Below are positions 34,866-44,264 of a stretch of 64,000 bases of DNA, one piece after another; positions within the stretch are counted from its first letter, which is position 1; each line of letters opens with the position of its first letter. The position numbers and the translations under genes are program-made. Source of the DNA: Polyangiaceae bacterium (GTDB lineage: Bacteria > Myxococcota_A > Polyangia > Polyangiales > Polyangiaceae); NCBI GenBank assembly GCA_044222475.1, contig JBGANF010000011.1, forward strand, positions 42,626 through 106,625. Reading direction: 5' to 3'. The notes under the pieces are model-generated. The model was not told where the DNA came from, searched no databases, and saw nothing but the letters and a program-made list of their open reading frames with translations.

Positions 34866-36743
34866 TCACTGACGGTCGTCGCGGAACGCGCAGCGACCGT
34901 CGCACGCAGTGCGCAGATCGAGCGAGGGGCTCGCCCCTTCGTCGATGCTCGCCCGCGCGAGCTCGCGCACGACCGGCCACGGGATCCGATCCTCCTCGGC
35001 GAGCATGTCGCCGTGGACGATGCCCGGTCCGCCGGTGATGAACAGGACGTTGTCGGGACCGTCGGGGGAGTCTCCCGTCCACCGGCCGCCGACGAGCTCG
35101 CCGCGCTCGTCGAGCGCGAGCGTCGCTTCGTAGCGCATGATCACCGGGACGACGCCCACGCGCGCGTAGCGCGTTCGGTCGCCGGACGGATCGGGGACGT
35201 CGGCGCGGGCGTAGTGGAGCGTGGTCGAGCTCAGCGTGAGCTCGAGCGTGACGTCGACGAGGGACGCGACCTTGGGCGCCAGCGCGCGATCGATCGCGAC
35301 GTCGCCGATCGGGTGGGGCTCGCGCGCGACGTGGATCGTCGCGCCCGCTACTGCGTAGTACTGGATCGCCACCGACGGCACCGCCTCGACCAGGAACGAT
35401 TGGTGCGCGATCCCGATGCGGTTGGCGATCGCCATCACGAGAACCGCCGGGTTCATGCTGCACGTGGCACCTGGATCGAACGAGACGGTGTTGCAGAAGC
35501 CGCCGACGACGCGCATCTCGGTCGCGTGGTGGTACGCGACCGCGACGAGCGCCTTCACGTCGTTCGGGTGAAAACGGACGTGGCTGCCATCGACGCCGAC
35601 GACGTCGACCACGCGAAACGGCTCGGGCTCGGTGAGCGAAGCGGCCGCGACGCCGTTGCACCGGCCGTTCCAGAAATGCGGGCTGCTCTCGTGGCCGTGG
35701 CTCGCCGAAGCCTGACGCGTGATCGGGAAGTCGAAGTGGCCGAGCGCGAGATCGAGCTTCTCCGTCGGCGCGAGGCTGAAGATGCGTGCTTCGGCGGCGC
35801 CGTCACCGCCGTTGGCCGCCTTCAGCCACGCGCGCGCCTCCGACTCTTCCGGCGGACCGAAGCCAAAGAGCGTTCGCCAGACGAGGCGCGGTTTGCCCTC
35901 GCTCCACCGACCCGACTCGCCGCCGTACCACGCGGGGAAGAAGCTCGACGACCAGCCGGGGTTCGCAGGTGCGAGGTTCTTCTCGAGGAGATCCATCGCC
36001 CGTAGCGCAGCGAACGTGGTCACGAGCTTCCCCTCCGGCAGGTCGCCGTGGGGGATGTCGTCCGGAACGCCGGCGTCGACGCTTCCGACGGCCTCGACGA
36101 CGCGCGGCACGCGAGGCGCGAAGTACTCGGGGAAGCTCCCGCGAAGGACGAGGACCATGGCGAGCCAAGAAGCCGCGACCAGGCGGGTGCGCATCGGAAG
36201 TCGGAAGTGATGCTCGTCGCGCGAACGCCAGATCGCGACCACGATCGCGAGCGGGAGCACGACGTAGAACAGCTCGTTCGCGATCCCCAGAATGCCCCAC
36301 TGGCTCAAAGTCCCGGCTGTCCCAAGCTGGTACGCCGGGACGATCTCGAACGGGAAGAAGTGTCGCCCGTTCTCGAGCGGGGCGAGAAGCGCGACGCCCA
36401 CGTCGGCGTGGGTCATCGCGTCCACGAGCCCGTGCGACGCGGTGGCGAAGAAGAGGAAGGCCACGACGTGCCACCACGCGCGGCTGCCGATCTTCTGGGC
36501 GCGAAAGAACCCGAGCGCGCAGGCGAGCGCGATCCCGGCAGCGACGACGAGCGAGTGGCTCAGCCCGCGGTGGCCGAGGAGGTCGGTGGCGCGGATCTCG
36601 AACGCGAAGGTCGCGAAGTCCACGTCGGGGAGCCACGCGCAGACGACCGAGGCGATCGCGAGGCGTCGAGCAGGCGCGGGCGGCGGGTCGAGCGCGGTGA
36701 GGACGATGAGCGGGACCGCGGCGTGGACGAGGAGCGACGCCAT
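34866..36743 (-). CDS. Fusion of a YdjM-type membrane metal-dependent hydrolase and a transglutaminase-elicitor-like domain
   Basis: N-terminal H..., LPDVD, HRGLSHS and SHGLVDAMT. C-terminal WSSSFFP, LAPTEKLD, WNGRCNG, MNPA and LALDERGELVGGRW. Confidence 0.78.
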   Translation of the reverse strand: MASLLVHAAVPLIVLTALDPPPAPARRLAIASVVCAWLPDVDFATFAFEIRATDLLGHRGLSHSLVVAAGIALACALGFFRAQKIGSRAWWHVVAFLFFATASHGLVDAMTHADVGVALLAPLENGRHFFPFEIVPAYQLGTAGTLSQWGILGIANELFYVVLPLAIVVAIWRSRDEHHFRLPMRTRLVAASWLAMVLVLRGSFPEYFAPRVPRVVEAVGSVDAGVPDDIPHGDLPEGKLVTTFAALRAMDLLEKNLAPANPGWSSSFFPAWYGGESGRWSEGKPRLVWRTLFGFGPPEESEARAWLKAANGGDGAAEARIFSLAPTEKLDLALGHFDFPITRQASASHGHESSPHFWNGRCNGVAAASLTEPEPFRVVDVVGVDGSHVRFHPNDVKALVAVAYHHATEMRVVGGFCNTVSFDPGATCSMNPAVLVMAIANRIGIAHQSFLVEAVPSVAIQYYAVAGATIHVAREPHPIGDVAIDRALAPKVASLVDVTLELTLSSTTLHYARADVPDPSGDRTRYARVGVVPVIMRYEATLALDERGELVGGRWTGDSPDGPDNVLFITGGPGIVHGDMLAEEDRIPWPVVRELARASIDEGASPSLDLRTACDGRCAFRDDRQ

Positions 36744-36752
36744 CGGGTGCGA

Positions 36753-37283
36753 TCAGGCCGGAGGCGCGGGGGCTTTCGCGCGGCGAGGCCAGAGGGCGTA
36801 GATCCAGAACGGCGCGAAGATGAGGATCTCGGCGCCCACGACGCGAGCCCCGCGGGCGGAGAGCAGCCCCGCGCCGATCGGCGAGATCGGGATGAAGCGG
36901 AGGGGCGACCAGAATCGCTCGTCGGAGAACGGCCAGAGCAGCGCGCAACCGAGGCCGCCGCCGTAGGTCATCGTGTCGAGGAGGGGATGGCTGAGCGCGA
37001 CGAGCCCCGCGAACGCCGCGGTGCGCGCCGGCGGGAGGCTGCGGCGCTGCGCGAAGGCGTAGGCGAGCAATCCGACGAGCGCGGCCATGACGAGCGAGTG
37101 CGTCGCGCCGCGGTGACCGAACGAGTCGCCGTAGCGGATCCCGAAGACGAAGCCGATCGCGTCGGCGTCGGGCGCGAGCGAGATGATCGAGAAGGCCATC
37201 GCGGCGCGTTTGGCGACCTCGCGATCGGCACTGAACGCGCGCCCGGCCGCGAGGCCGACGAAGACGTGCCCGATGCTCGCCAT
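36753..37283 (-). CDS. YdjM-family inner-membrane metal-dependent hydrolase
   Basis: MASIGH, APDAD, HRGATHS, SHPLLDTMT and LLWPFSDERF. Confidence 0.9.
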   Translation of the reverse strand: MASIGHVFVGLAAGRAFSADREVAKRAAMAFSIISLAPDADAIGFVFGIRYGDSFGHRGATHSLVMAALVGLLAYAFAQRRSLPPARTAAFAGLVALSHPLLDTMTYGGGLGCALLWPFSDERFWSPLRFIPISPIGAGLLSARGARVVGAEILIFAPFWIYALWPRRAKAPAPPA

Positions 37284-37299
37284 GAGCGGCGAGTCTAAC

Positions 37300-38070
37300 T
37301 CAGTGAACGCTGCAGCGCGCGTCGGAGTAGATGCGCACGCGCGAGCTGCTCGCGATGTCGGTCTTGACGTGGTGGAGGAAGTCGTCGCGAGCTGCCTGAT
37401 CCGCGCCGAAGTCGAAGCACTCGTTGTGCTCGCCCTCTTTGCCCCACGGGAAGCTCGCGCGCTTCACGCCGGGCCACGCCTTCACGACCTGGTCGAGCGC
37501 TTGCTCGGCGCGGGCGTCGGTGCCGTTGCCCGGGCTGAAGAACACGACGACGAGCTCGAAGCGTTTTTCGGCGACGTCGAAGTCGTGCTTGCACTCGTGG
37601 TGCTCGAGGACGTCGACGTTCTTCGCCGGCTGCATCGCCGCGCGGACCTTCGCCACGAGGGCGGCGCGGTCGGCCGGTGCGAGGCGGTCGACGTCGGCGC
37701 ACTCGTCGACCTCGCCCTCGCGGCCCCATCGACCGTGAGCCCGCCCGAGGCTGGGCGTCGCGTCGAAGATCGCATCGAGGCGGGTGCGCGCATCGCGATC
37801 GATGCCTTGGCCCTGGCTGCGGAAGCTGACGACGAGATCGTACGGCTTGCTCGCGACCGGCGGCGGAGCTTCGCCCCCTCCCTTCCGTTCGTCCTTGGGG
37901 GCAGCGGCCGCCACGGCCTGGGCGGGTGGCGGACTCTCTTCGGCGACGACGACCGGCCCGCTCCCTTGCACGTTCCCCTGCGCGTTCGCCGGTGCAGCAG
38001 CCGGCGCGCAGGCGCCGACCGCGATCACGAGCGGGAGCAGGAGCGCGATGCCGCGTGGCGGATTCGGCAT
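37300..38070 (-). CDS. Lipoprotein with two tandem copies of an unrecognised ~90-aa domain
   Basis: VGAC lipobox; repeats LVVSFRSQGQGID...WGREGEVDEC and LVVVFFSPGNGTD...WGKEGEHNEC. Confidence 0.75.
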   Translation of the reverse strand: MPNPPRGIALLLPLVIAVGACAPAAAPANAQGNVQGSGPVVVAEESPPPAQAVAAAAPKDERKGGGEAPPPVASKPYDLVVSFRSQGQGIDRDARTRLDAIFDATPSLGRAHGRWGREGEVDECADVDRLAPADRAALVAKVRAAMQPAKNVDVLEHHECKHDFDVAEKRFELVVVFFSPGNGTDARAEQALDQVVKAWPGVKRASFPWGKEGEHNECFDFGADQAARDDFLHHVKTDIASSSRVRIYSDARCSVH

Positions 38071-38118
38071 GCCTCCAAAGACGTGGTTCGACGAAATTCG
38101 ATCTGCCGGAGCTTGTCC

Positions 38119-38147
38119 TTGACAGGGGGCCCGGAATTTCCCATATT
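38119..38147 (+). promoter_or_regulatory. Sigma-70-type promoter
   Basis: TTGACA (38119-38124), 17-nt spacer, CATATT (38142-38147); AAGGA RBS at 38162-38166. Confidence 0.7.
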
Positions 38148-38175
38148 CCCGCGCCCTTTCGAAGGACGGACGACC

Positions 38176-38334
38176 ATGGTTTCCTCGACGAAGCAGTTCG
38201 AGCGCATTCGCAAGCGCAAGAAGACGACCAGCGGCAAGCGGAACAAGCGCGAGCTGCGCGCTCTCGGTACGCCGGCTTTCGCAATCCATCCCGAGGGTTA
38301 CGACCCGAAGGCTGCGGACGCGAAAAAAGCCTGA
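38176..38334 (+). CDS. Small, highly basic 52-aa protein
   Basis: MVSSTKQFERIRKRKKTTSGKRNKRELRALGTPAFAIHPEGYDPKAADAKKA; has its own promoter and RBS, and mostly G/C-ending codons. Confidence 0.75.
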   Translation: MVSSTKQFERIRKRKKTTSGKRNKRELRALGTPAFAIHPEGYDPKAADAKKA

Positions 38335-38360
38335 GGCAGGCCTGAGTCGGGCCTGACGGC

Positions 38361-39203
38361 CTACTGGCACGCCACCGGGGCCGAGTCTTTCGCGCCCCCG
38401 GCCACCGCGTTGCCCTTTTCCATCAAGCGCCGCGCGACCGCGATGTCCAGGCGGAACGCCGTCGTCGTACGACGGGCGGCTCCGTTCGGGTCGTCTTGGT
38501 GCGAAACCACGCCGAAGCCGGTCGCGTTGCCGTCGAAGACGATGCCGCCGACGTCGCCCTTGCACATGGGGATGTCGAAGACGACCGCGTCGCCTTCGCG
38601 CTCGATCACCTGACCGGTTCGATCGGAGAAGCCGCGCGTCTCGCCGCGGCAACGGCCGAACCCGAGCGCGCGCACCGGCGCGCCGGGCGCGGGCGCCGTC
38701 GCGAGCTCGAGCGGCTTGGTCGTCGTCACGGCTTCGTCGAGCACGAGCAGCGCGGCGTCGAACGTCGCCCAGTCGCAGTCGGCGGTGACGACCTGGGTGA
38801 CCTTGCGAGCCGTCCACGTGAGCGTCGTCGACGCGATCTCGACGCGGTACGACTCCTTGTCGGCCACGGCCGCGACGCCGCGCGTCTCGTTTCCGACGCA
38901 CTGGTGGGCCGTGATGACGAGCTGCGGTGCGACGAGCGCGCCGCTGCAGACGCCCTTCGGCGTGTGGATGTGCACCATCGCGCGTTCGGCCGGGGTCTTG
39001 ACGAACGGATGCTCGGGTTCGACGAGCTCGGAGTCCGCCTCGAGCTCCAACGTGTCGTCGAAGTGGGTGTGCGACGAGCCGGCAGGGTTTCCGCCGGTGC
39101 GCGGGTCCTCGTAGTTGGCGACGCGAAGCTGCGGCGCTCCGCCACACGCTGCGAGGACGAAAGCAGCGACGGCCATGCGCGCCAAGGCTGAAGTCAGATG
39201 CAT
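38361..39203 (-). CDS. Trypsin-like (S1) lipoprotein with degenerate catalytic triad
   Basis: LAAC lipobox; CSGALVAPQLVITAHQC, DAALLVL, GFGR and CKGDVGG. Confidence 0.82.
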   Translation of the reverse strand: MHLTSALARMAVAAFVLAACGGAPQLRVANYEDPRTGGNPAGSSHTHFDDTLELEADSELVEPEHPFVKTPAERAMVHIHTPKGVCSGALVAPQLVITAHQCVGNETRGVAAVADKESYRVEIASTTLTWTARKVTQVVTADCDWATFDAALLVLDEAVTTTKPLELATAPAPGAPVRALGFGRCRGETRGFSDRTGQVIEREGDAVVFDIPMCKGDVGGIVFDGNATGFGVVSHQDDPNGAARRTTTAFRLDIAVARRLMEKGNAVAGGAKDSAPVACQ

Positions 39204-39408
39204 CGATCTCGTCTCGGCATCTCGTTGCCCTCGAGCAGCGGCAGCAGGACGAATGCGGCGGGGCCGCTGCCCGCTCCCTGAAAGCGTGCGATCGACATGC
39301 GCCGGTTCGTCCCCCTACCGGTGCTCGGCTTCGGCGCAGGTTCGAGCTGCGGGGTCATTTCAACCGGGCACGGTGTTGGGCGGTTCATTGGAGAAGAGAC
39401 TAGCAAGC

Positions 39409-40035
39409 TCAGGGTTTCGCGTCGCGCCGCAAGAGCTCGGCGGCGACGGCGACCTTGCCCGCGCCGGCGCCGACCGCGACGCGAACGGTGACCTTCGACG
39501 CCGCGCCGCAGAAGACGATGCTCGCGACCGAACGCGAGATCGCGTCGCCGGGTAGCTCCGCGATCGGGGCGCCGCGCGAGTCTTCGACGACGACGACGTA
39601 GCTCTTCACCGAAGCATCGGCCGACGCGACGACGACGGCGCAGTCCTTCAGCTGGAAGTCGAAGGTGGTCGCCGCGCTGGTCGAGTCGAGCGTCGCGACT
39701 TGGGGCGCGAGCCCGGTCGAGTCGCGGCGTGCGCCGGAGCAGAGCTTGGCCAGCGCCTCGACGGTGGACTTCGCGTCCTTGCCGGTCGCCGCGGCCGCGT
39801 TGCACCGCGCGGAGCCGTCTCCGGTGACGTCCTTGGAGGTGAGCTGGAGCGGCGGCGGCAACTTGGCCGAAGGGAGCGCCGACGAGATGAGCACCGGAGG
39901 CGGCGCGCCCGCGTCGGCGCTGGCGGAGCCGGAGGTCGGCGCCTTGACCGGGGGCGTCGGCCCGCCGCAGTGGAGCGCGAGAGCGCTCGCGGGGAGGAGC
40001 ACTGCCGCCAAAGCGAGGGAGCGCACGGGTCGCAC
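39409..40035 (-). CDS. Hypothetical lipoprotein
   Basis: GTG start, hydrophobic signal ending ALHC, Pro-rich linker and a beta-rich C-terminal domain. Confidence 0.6.
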   Translation of the reverse strand: MRPVRSLALAAVLLPASALALHCGGPTPPVKAPTSGSASADAGAPPPVLISSALPSAKLPPPLQLTSKDVTGDGSARCNAAAATGKDAKSTVEALAKLCSGARRDSTGLAPQVATLDSTSAATTFDFQLKDCAVVVASADASVKSYVVVVEDSRGAPIAELPGDAISRSVASIVFCGAASKVTVRVAVGAGAGKVAVAAELLRRDAKP

Positions 40036-40092
40036 GGGCGCGACGGTAGCCGAATGCGAACCGAATGTCTCTCGTAGGCTAGGATCGGTTCG

Positions 40093-41088
40093 ATGGAGTC
40101 CCCCGAGATCCCCGCGATCCGCATCGTGCCCGCCGATGCCCCGGGGGCGCTCGATTTGGCCGTGAGCAGGCTCCGTGAGGGGAAGCTCGTCGCGGTCCCC
40201 ACCGAGACGGTGTACGGCCTCGCCGCTCGCGCCGGCGACGAGGCCGCGGTCCGCAGCGTGTTTGCGGCGAAAGGCCGGCCGAGCACCCACCCGCTCATCG
40301 TCCACGTGCGGGGCGAAGGCGACGCGCTCGCGTACGCGGCCGAGTGGCGACCGCGCGTCGCTGCGCTCGCGGCCGCGTTCTGGCCCGGGCCGTTGACCCT
40401 GGTCGTACCAAAAAGGGACACGGTGTCCGCGATCATCACCGGCGGTGGCGACTCGGTGGCCCTCCGCGCGCCGCGGCACCCGGTGACGCTCGCGATCCTC
40501 GAGCGCCTCGGCGAAGGCTTCGTCGCGCCGAGCGCCAACCGCTACCAGACCGTCTCGCCGACTCGAGCCGAGCACGTCGCCTCGTCGTTCGAGGGATCAC
40601 CAGTCGACGTCCTCGTGATCGACGGCGGTCCGTGCAGCGAGGGATTGGAGTCGACGGTCCTCGACGTCCGGACGGACGTCGCGCGCATCCTCCGACCAGG
40701 GATGATCACCCCAGACGCGATCGCGGCGGTGTGGGGCGGGCGGGTCGAGTCGGCCACGGCTCCGGTCGGGGAGGGGCCCCGCCCGTCCCCGGGGATGGAT
40801 CGGCGGCACTACGCGCCGCGGGCTCGCCTCGAGCTCGCCGCCTCGCGGGAGCTGGCCACGCGCCGCGCAGCGGAGCTCGCGGGGCGCCGGGTGGCGCGCG
40901 TCAGCTTCGGCCCGAGCCCGGGGGCGGTGGAGCTGCCCGCCGACGCGCCGGCGGCGTCGCGCGAGCTCTACGATCTCCTGCACCGCCTCGACGCCGAGGG
41001 GTTCGAGCACGTGATCGTCGAGGCTCCACCCCCCGAAATCGCCTGGGAAGCCCTGCGCGACCGTCTCACCCGGGCGGCAGGAGACTAG
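40093..41088 (+). CDS. sua5: L-threonylcarbamoyladenylate synthase (Sua5/TsaC) with SUA5 C-terminal domain
   Basis: PTETVYGL, AKGRP..HPLIVH, FWPGPLTLV, APSAN, GLESTVLD and SPGM..RHYAP. Confidence 0.95.
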   Translation: MESPEIPAIRIVPADAPGALDLAVSRLREGKLVAVPTETVYGLAARAGDEAAVRSVFAAKGRPSTHPLIVHVRGEGDALAYAAEWRPRVAALAAAFWPGPLTLVVPKRDTVSAIITGGGDSVALRAPRHPVTLAILERLGEGFVAPSANRYQTVSPTRAEHVASSFEGSPVDVLVIDGGPCSEGLESTVLDVRTDVARILRPGMITPDAIAAVWGGRVESATAPVGEGPRPSPGMDRRHYAPRARLELAASRELATRRAAELAGRRVARVSFGPSPGAVELPADAPAASRELYDLLHRLDAEGFEHVIVEAPPPEIAWEALRDRLTRAAGD

Positions 41089-41121
41089 GCGTTCGAGAAG
41101 CGCTCTAGTGCTATACGTCTC

Positions 41122-41886
41122 GTGGTGTCTCGCTCGTCGCCGATCGCCTTGGTCACCGGGGGCAGCCGTGGGGTCGGCGCGGCGATCGCCCGTCGCCTCG
41201 CGGAGGCCGGCCACCGGGTGGCCGTTCTCGGGCGCGACGTCGAGGCGCTGGAGGCGGTCGCCAAGTCGATCGAAGGGCTCCCGCTGGTCGCCGACCTGAC
41301 CGATCCGGTTCACGTCGCGCGCGCGTTGGAGCAGCTGGACGAGCGCTGGGGCGCTCCGTCCATCCTGGTACAGAACGCCGGCATCGCCGAGAGCGCGCCG
41401 CTCGCGAAGACGACCGACGAGATGTGGGCGCGCACCTTCGAGGTGAACGTGCACGCGCCGTTTCGCCTCGCGCGCACGCTCGTCCCCACGATGGCGAAGC
41501 ACGGCTGGGGTCGAGTGATCCACGTGGCGTCGAACGCCGGCCTCACCGGCTACGCGTACACGTCTGCCTACTGCGCGTCGAAGCACGCGCTGGTCGGGCT
41601 GACGCGGGCGCTCGCGGCCGAGCTGGCGCGGACCGGCGTCACCGTGAACGCCGTGTGCCCGGGCTTCGTCGACACCGACATGACCGAGCGCACGATCGCT
41701 CGTATCGTGGAGACGACCGGGCGCCCGCGAGAAGCGGCGCGCGCGGCGCTCGAAGAGCTCTCGCCCCAGCGGCGACTGATCGAAGTGGACGAGGTGGCGC
41801 ACGTCGTCGCGATGCTGTGCGGCGAAGGTGCACGGGGAATCAACGGGCAAGCGATTGCCATCGATGGTGGACAGGTGATGCGATGA
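41122..41886 (+). CDS. SDR-family NAD(P)-dependent oxidoreductase
   Basis: TGGSRGVG, NAG, YCASK (YxxxK) and NAVCPGFVDT. Confidence 0.95.
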   Translation: MVSRSSPIALVTGGSRGVGAAIARRLAEAGHRVAVLGRDVEALEAVAKSIEGLPLVADLTDPVHVARALEQLDERWGAPSILVQNAGIAESAPLAKTTDEMWARTFEVNVHAPFRLARTLVPTMAKHGWGRVIHVASNAGLTGYAYTSAYCASKHALVGLTRALAAELARTGVTVNAVCPGFVDTDMTERTIARIVETTGRPREAARAALEELSPQRRLIEVDEVAHVVAMLCGEGARGINGQAIAIDGGQVMR

Positions 41887-42287
41887 AGATCATCCAGCCG
41901 GCGGACTTTCCGAAACCGCGGGGATACGCGAACGGGCTCATCGCGCCGTCAGGGCGCACGCTCTACATCTCGGGCCAGATCGCGTGGGACAAGGACGCCC
42001 GCATCGTCAGCCCCGATTTCGCGACGCAGTTCCTCCAGACGCTCGACAACGTCATCGCGGTCGTGCGCGCGGCCGGGGGCGGGACCGAGCACCTCGTGAA
42101 GCTGCTCGCGTTCGTCACCGACCTCGACGCGTACCGCGCGGCGACGCCGGCGATCGGCGACGGCTGGCGCGCGCGCATGGGCAAGTACTACCCGGCGATG
42201 AGCCTGGTGAAGGTCGCGGGGCTGCTCGAGCCGGGCGCGCTCGTCGAGATCGAAGGCACGGCGGTCCTGCCCGACGGCATCGGCTGA
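41883..42287 (+). CDS. RidA/YjgF-family protein
   Basis: PRGYANG, LYISGQI and YPAMSLV...LVEIEGTA; ATGA overlap with the SDR gene. Confidence 0.92.
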   Translation: MKIIQPADFPKPRGYANGLIAPSGRTLYISGQIAWDKDARIVSPDFATQFLQTLDNVIAVVRAAGGGTEHLVKLLAFVTDLDAYRAATPAIGDGWRARMGKYYPAMSLVKVAGLLEPGALVEIEGTAVLPDGIG

Positions 42288-42297
42288 GGAGTACGTC

Positions 42298-43122
42298 ATG
42301 GCCATCGCACCGAAGAACTTCCGCTACGAGCTGCGTGAGGGCGTGGCGACGATCACCCTCGATCGCGCCGAGCGCCTGAACGCGCTGACGTTCGCGATCT
42401 ACGAGGAGCTGCGCGACACGGTCGCCGCGCTCGAGCAGGAGCCGGGCGTGCGCTCGGTCCTCCTCACCGGCGAAGGGCGAGCGTTCTGCTCCGGCGGCGA
42501 CGTCGAAGACATCATCGGTGAGCTCTTCGCTCGCGACATGGAGGGGCTCGTGGCCTTCACCCGCGTCACCGGCGCGCTCATCGCGAACCTGCGAAAGGTC
42601 CGCCGCCCGATCGTCGCGGCGGTGAACGGCGTCGCGGTCGGCGCCGGCGCCGTGATCGCTCTCGCGTGCGACTTTCGCATCGCGAGCGAGAAGGCGAAGT
42701 TCGGGTTCATCTTTCCCAAGGTAGGGCTGTGCGGAGCGGACATGGGCGCCGCGTATCTCCTCCCGCGCGTCGTCGGTCTCGGTCGGGCGAGCGAGCTCCT
42801 CTTCACCGGGGACGTCGTCGGTGCGGAAGAGGCGTACCGCATCGGGCTCGCGACCAAGGTCGTGCCGCACGATCAGTGCGTCGCCTCCGCGCGCGCGCTC
42901 GCCGAGCGGCTCGCCTCGGGCCCGGCGTTCGCCCACGCGATGACGAAGCAGATGCTCGAGAGCGAAGCGACGATGGGCCTCGATGCTGCGATCGAAGCGG
43001 AGGCGCAAGCGCAGGCCATCTGCATGCAGCACCCCGACTTTCGCACCGCTTTCGATGCGTGGACCGCGAAGAAGCCGATCGTGTTCGCCGGTGCGCCGGG
43101 GCCGTTTCGAGACAAGCCGTGA
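42298..43122 (+). CDS. Enoyl-CoA hydratase/isomerase-family protein
   Basis: LDRAERLNAL, AFCSGGD, AVNGVAVGAG..IALACDFR and GADMGA. Confidence 0.93.
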   Translation: MAIAPKNFRYELREGVATITLDRAERLNALTFAIYEELRDTVAALEQEPGVRSVLLTGEGRAFCSGGDVEDIIGELFARDMEGLVAFTRVTGALIANLRKVRRPIVAAVNGVAVGAGAVIALACDFRIASEKAKFGFIFPKVGLCGADMGAAYLLPRVVGLGRASELLFTGDVVGAEEAYRIGLATKVVPHDQCVASARALAERLASGPAFAHAMTKQMLESEATMGLDAAIEAEAQAQAICMQHPDFRTAFDAWTAKKPIVFAGAPGPFRDKP

Positions 43123-44264
43123 CTCCGGGGCTCCTTCTCCGGGGAACGGCGCCTTTCCTCTCGCCCGCGCTGGTCGATCTCGCCGACGTCGTCGTACGCC
43201 GAGCTGCTGGGCTCACCATCGACGACCACGACGCGTCGTCGGTCGCCCGGAAGCTCGCGGCGAGCGGGCTGTTCCCGTTGCTCGTACCAGAGAGGGACGG
43301 CGGCGAGGCGATCGCCGGCGCGCCGGTCGATCGTCCGAGCGTGCGGGCGCTCTGCCTCGCGCGCGAGACCCTCGGCCATCGATCGCCGCTCGCGGACTCG
43401 ATCTTCGCCGTCCAAGGGCTCGGCTCCTTTCCGATCGTGAGCGCGGGCGGTGACGCTCGCGCCGCCATCCTCGCCGAGGTCGTGTCTGGCAAGCGCATCG
43501 GGGCCTTCGCGCTCACCGAGCCCGAGGCCGGGAGCGACGTCGCTTCGATGAAGACGACGGCGAAGCGAGAGGGCGACGGCTTCGTGATCGACGGCACGAA
43601 GGTCTTCATCTCGAACGCCGGCATCTGCGATCACTACGTCGTGTTCGCGCGCGTGCCCGGCGCGCCGAAGGAGATCAGCGCGTTCGTCGTTCCGGCGAAG
43701 TCACCGGGGCTCCGCGTGGAGCAGGTGCCGATGTCGCTGCCGCACCCCCTCGGCCGCCTCGTGTTCGAGCGCTGCGCGGTGCCTGCTTCGGCGCTTCTCG
43801 GCGAGGTCGGTCACGGAATGCGCCTCGCGCTCGGCACGCTCGACGTGTTCCGCACGTCGGTCGGGGCCGCGGCGTGCGGCATGGCGCGGCGCGCGCTCGA
43901 CGAGACGATCGCGAGGGTGAAGGCCCGCGTACAGTTCGGCAAGCCGCTCGCGGAGCAGCAGCTCGTGCAGGCGCAGATCGCCGACATGGCCACCGAGCTC
44001 GACGCCGCGCGCCTCCTCGTCTACCGCGCCGCGTGGGAGAAGGATCGCGGCGAGCCTGCCACGACCGACGTCGCGATGGCGAAGATGTTCGCGACCGAGG
44101 CCGCGCAGCGGATCATCGATCGCGCGGTGCAGCTCTTCGGCGGTCTCGGCGTGACGACCGGCAACGTACCCGAGCAGCTCCTGCGCGAGATAAGGCCGCT
44201 TCGCATCTACGAAGGGACGACCGAGATCCAGAAGCTCATCATCGGGGGCGCGATCCTGAAGTGA
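43119..44264 (+). CDS. Acyl-CoA dehydrogenase
   Basis: [34 protein letters not shown] and [13 protein letters not shown] overlap with the previous gene. Confidence 0.95.
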   Translation: MTPGLLLRGTAPFLSPALVDLADVVVRRAAGLTIDDHDASSVARKLAASGLFPLLVPERDGGEAIAGAPVDRPSVRALCLARETLGHRSPLADSIFAVQGLGSFPIVSAGGDARAAILAEVVSGKRIGAFALTEPEAGSDVASMKTTAKREGDGFVIDGTKVFISNAGICDHYVVFARVPGAPKEISAFVVPAKSPGLRVEQVPMSLPHPLGRLVFERCAVPASALLGEVGHGMRLALGTLDVFRTSVGAAACGMARRALDETIARVKARVQFGKPLAEQQLVQAQIADMATELDAARLLVYRAAWEKDRGEPATTDVAMAKMFATEAAQRIIDRAVQLFGGLGVTTGNVPEQLLREIRPLRIYEGTTEIQKLIIGGAILK

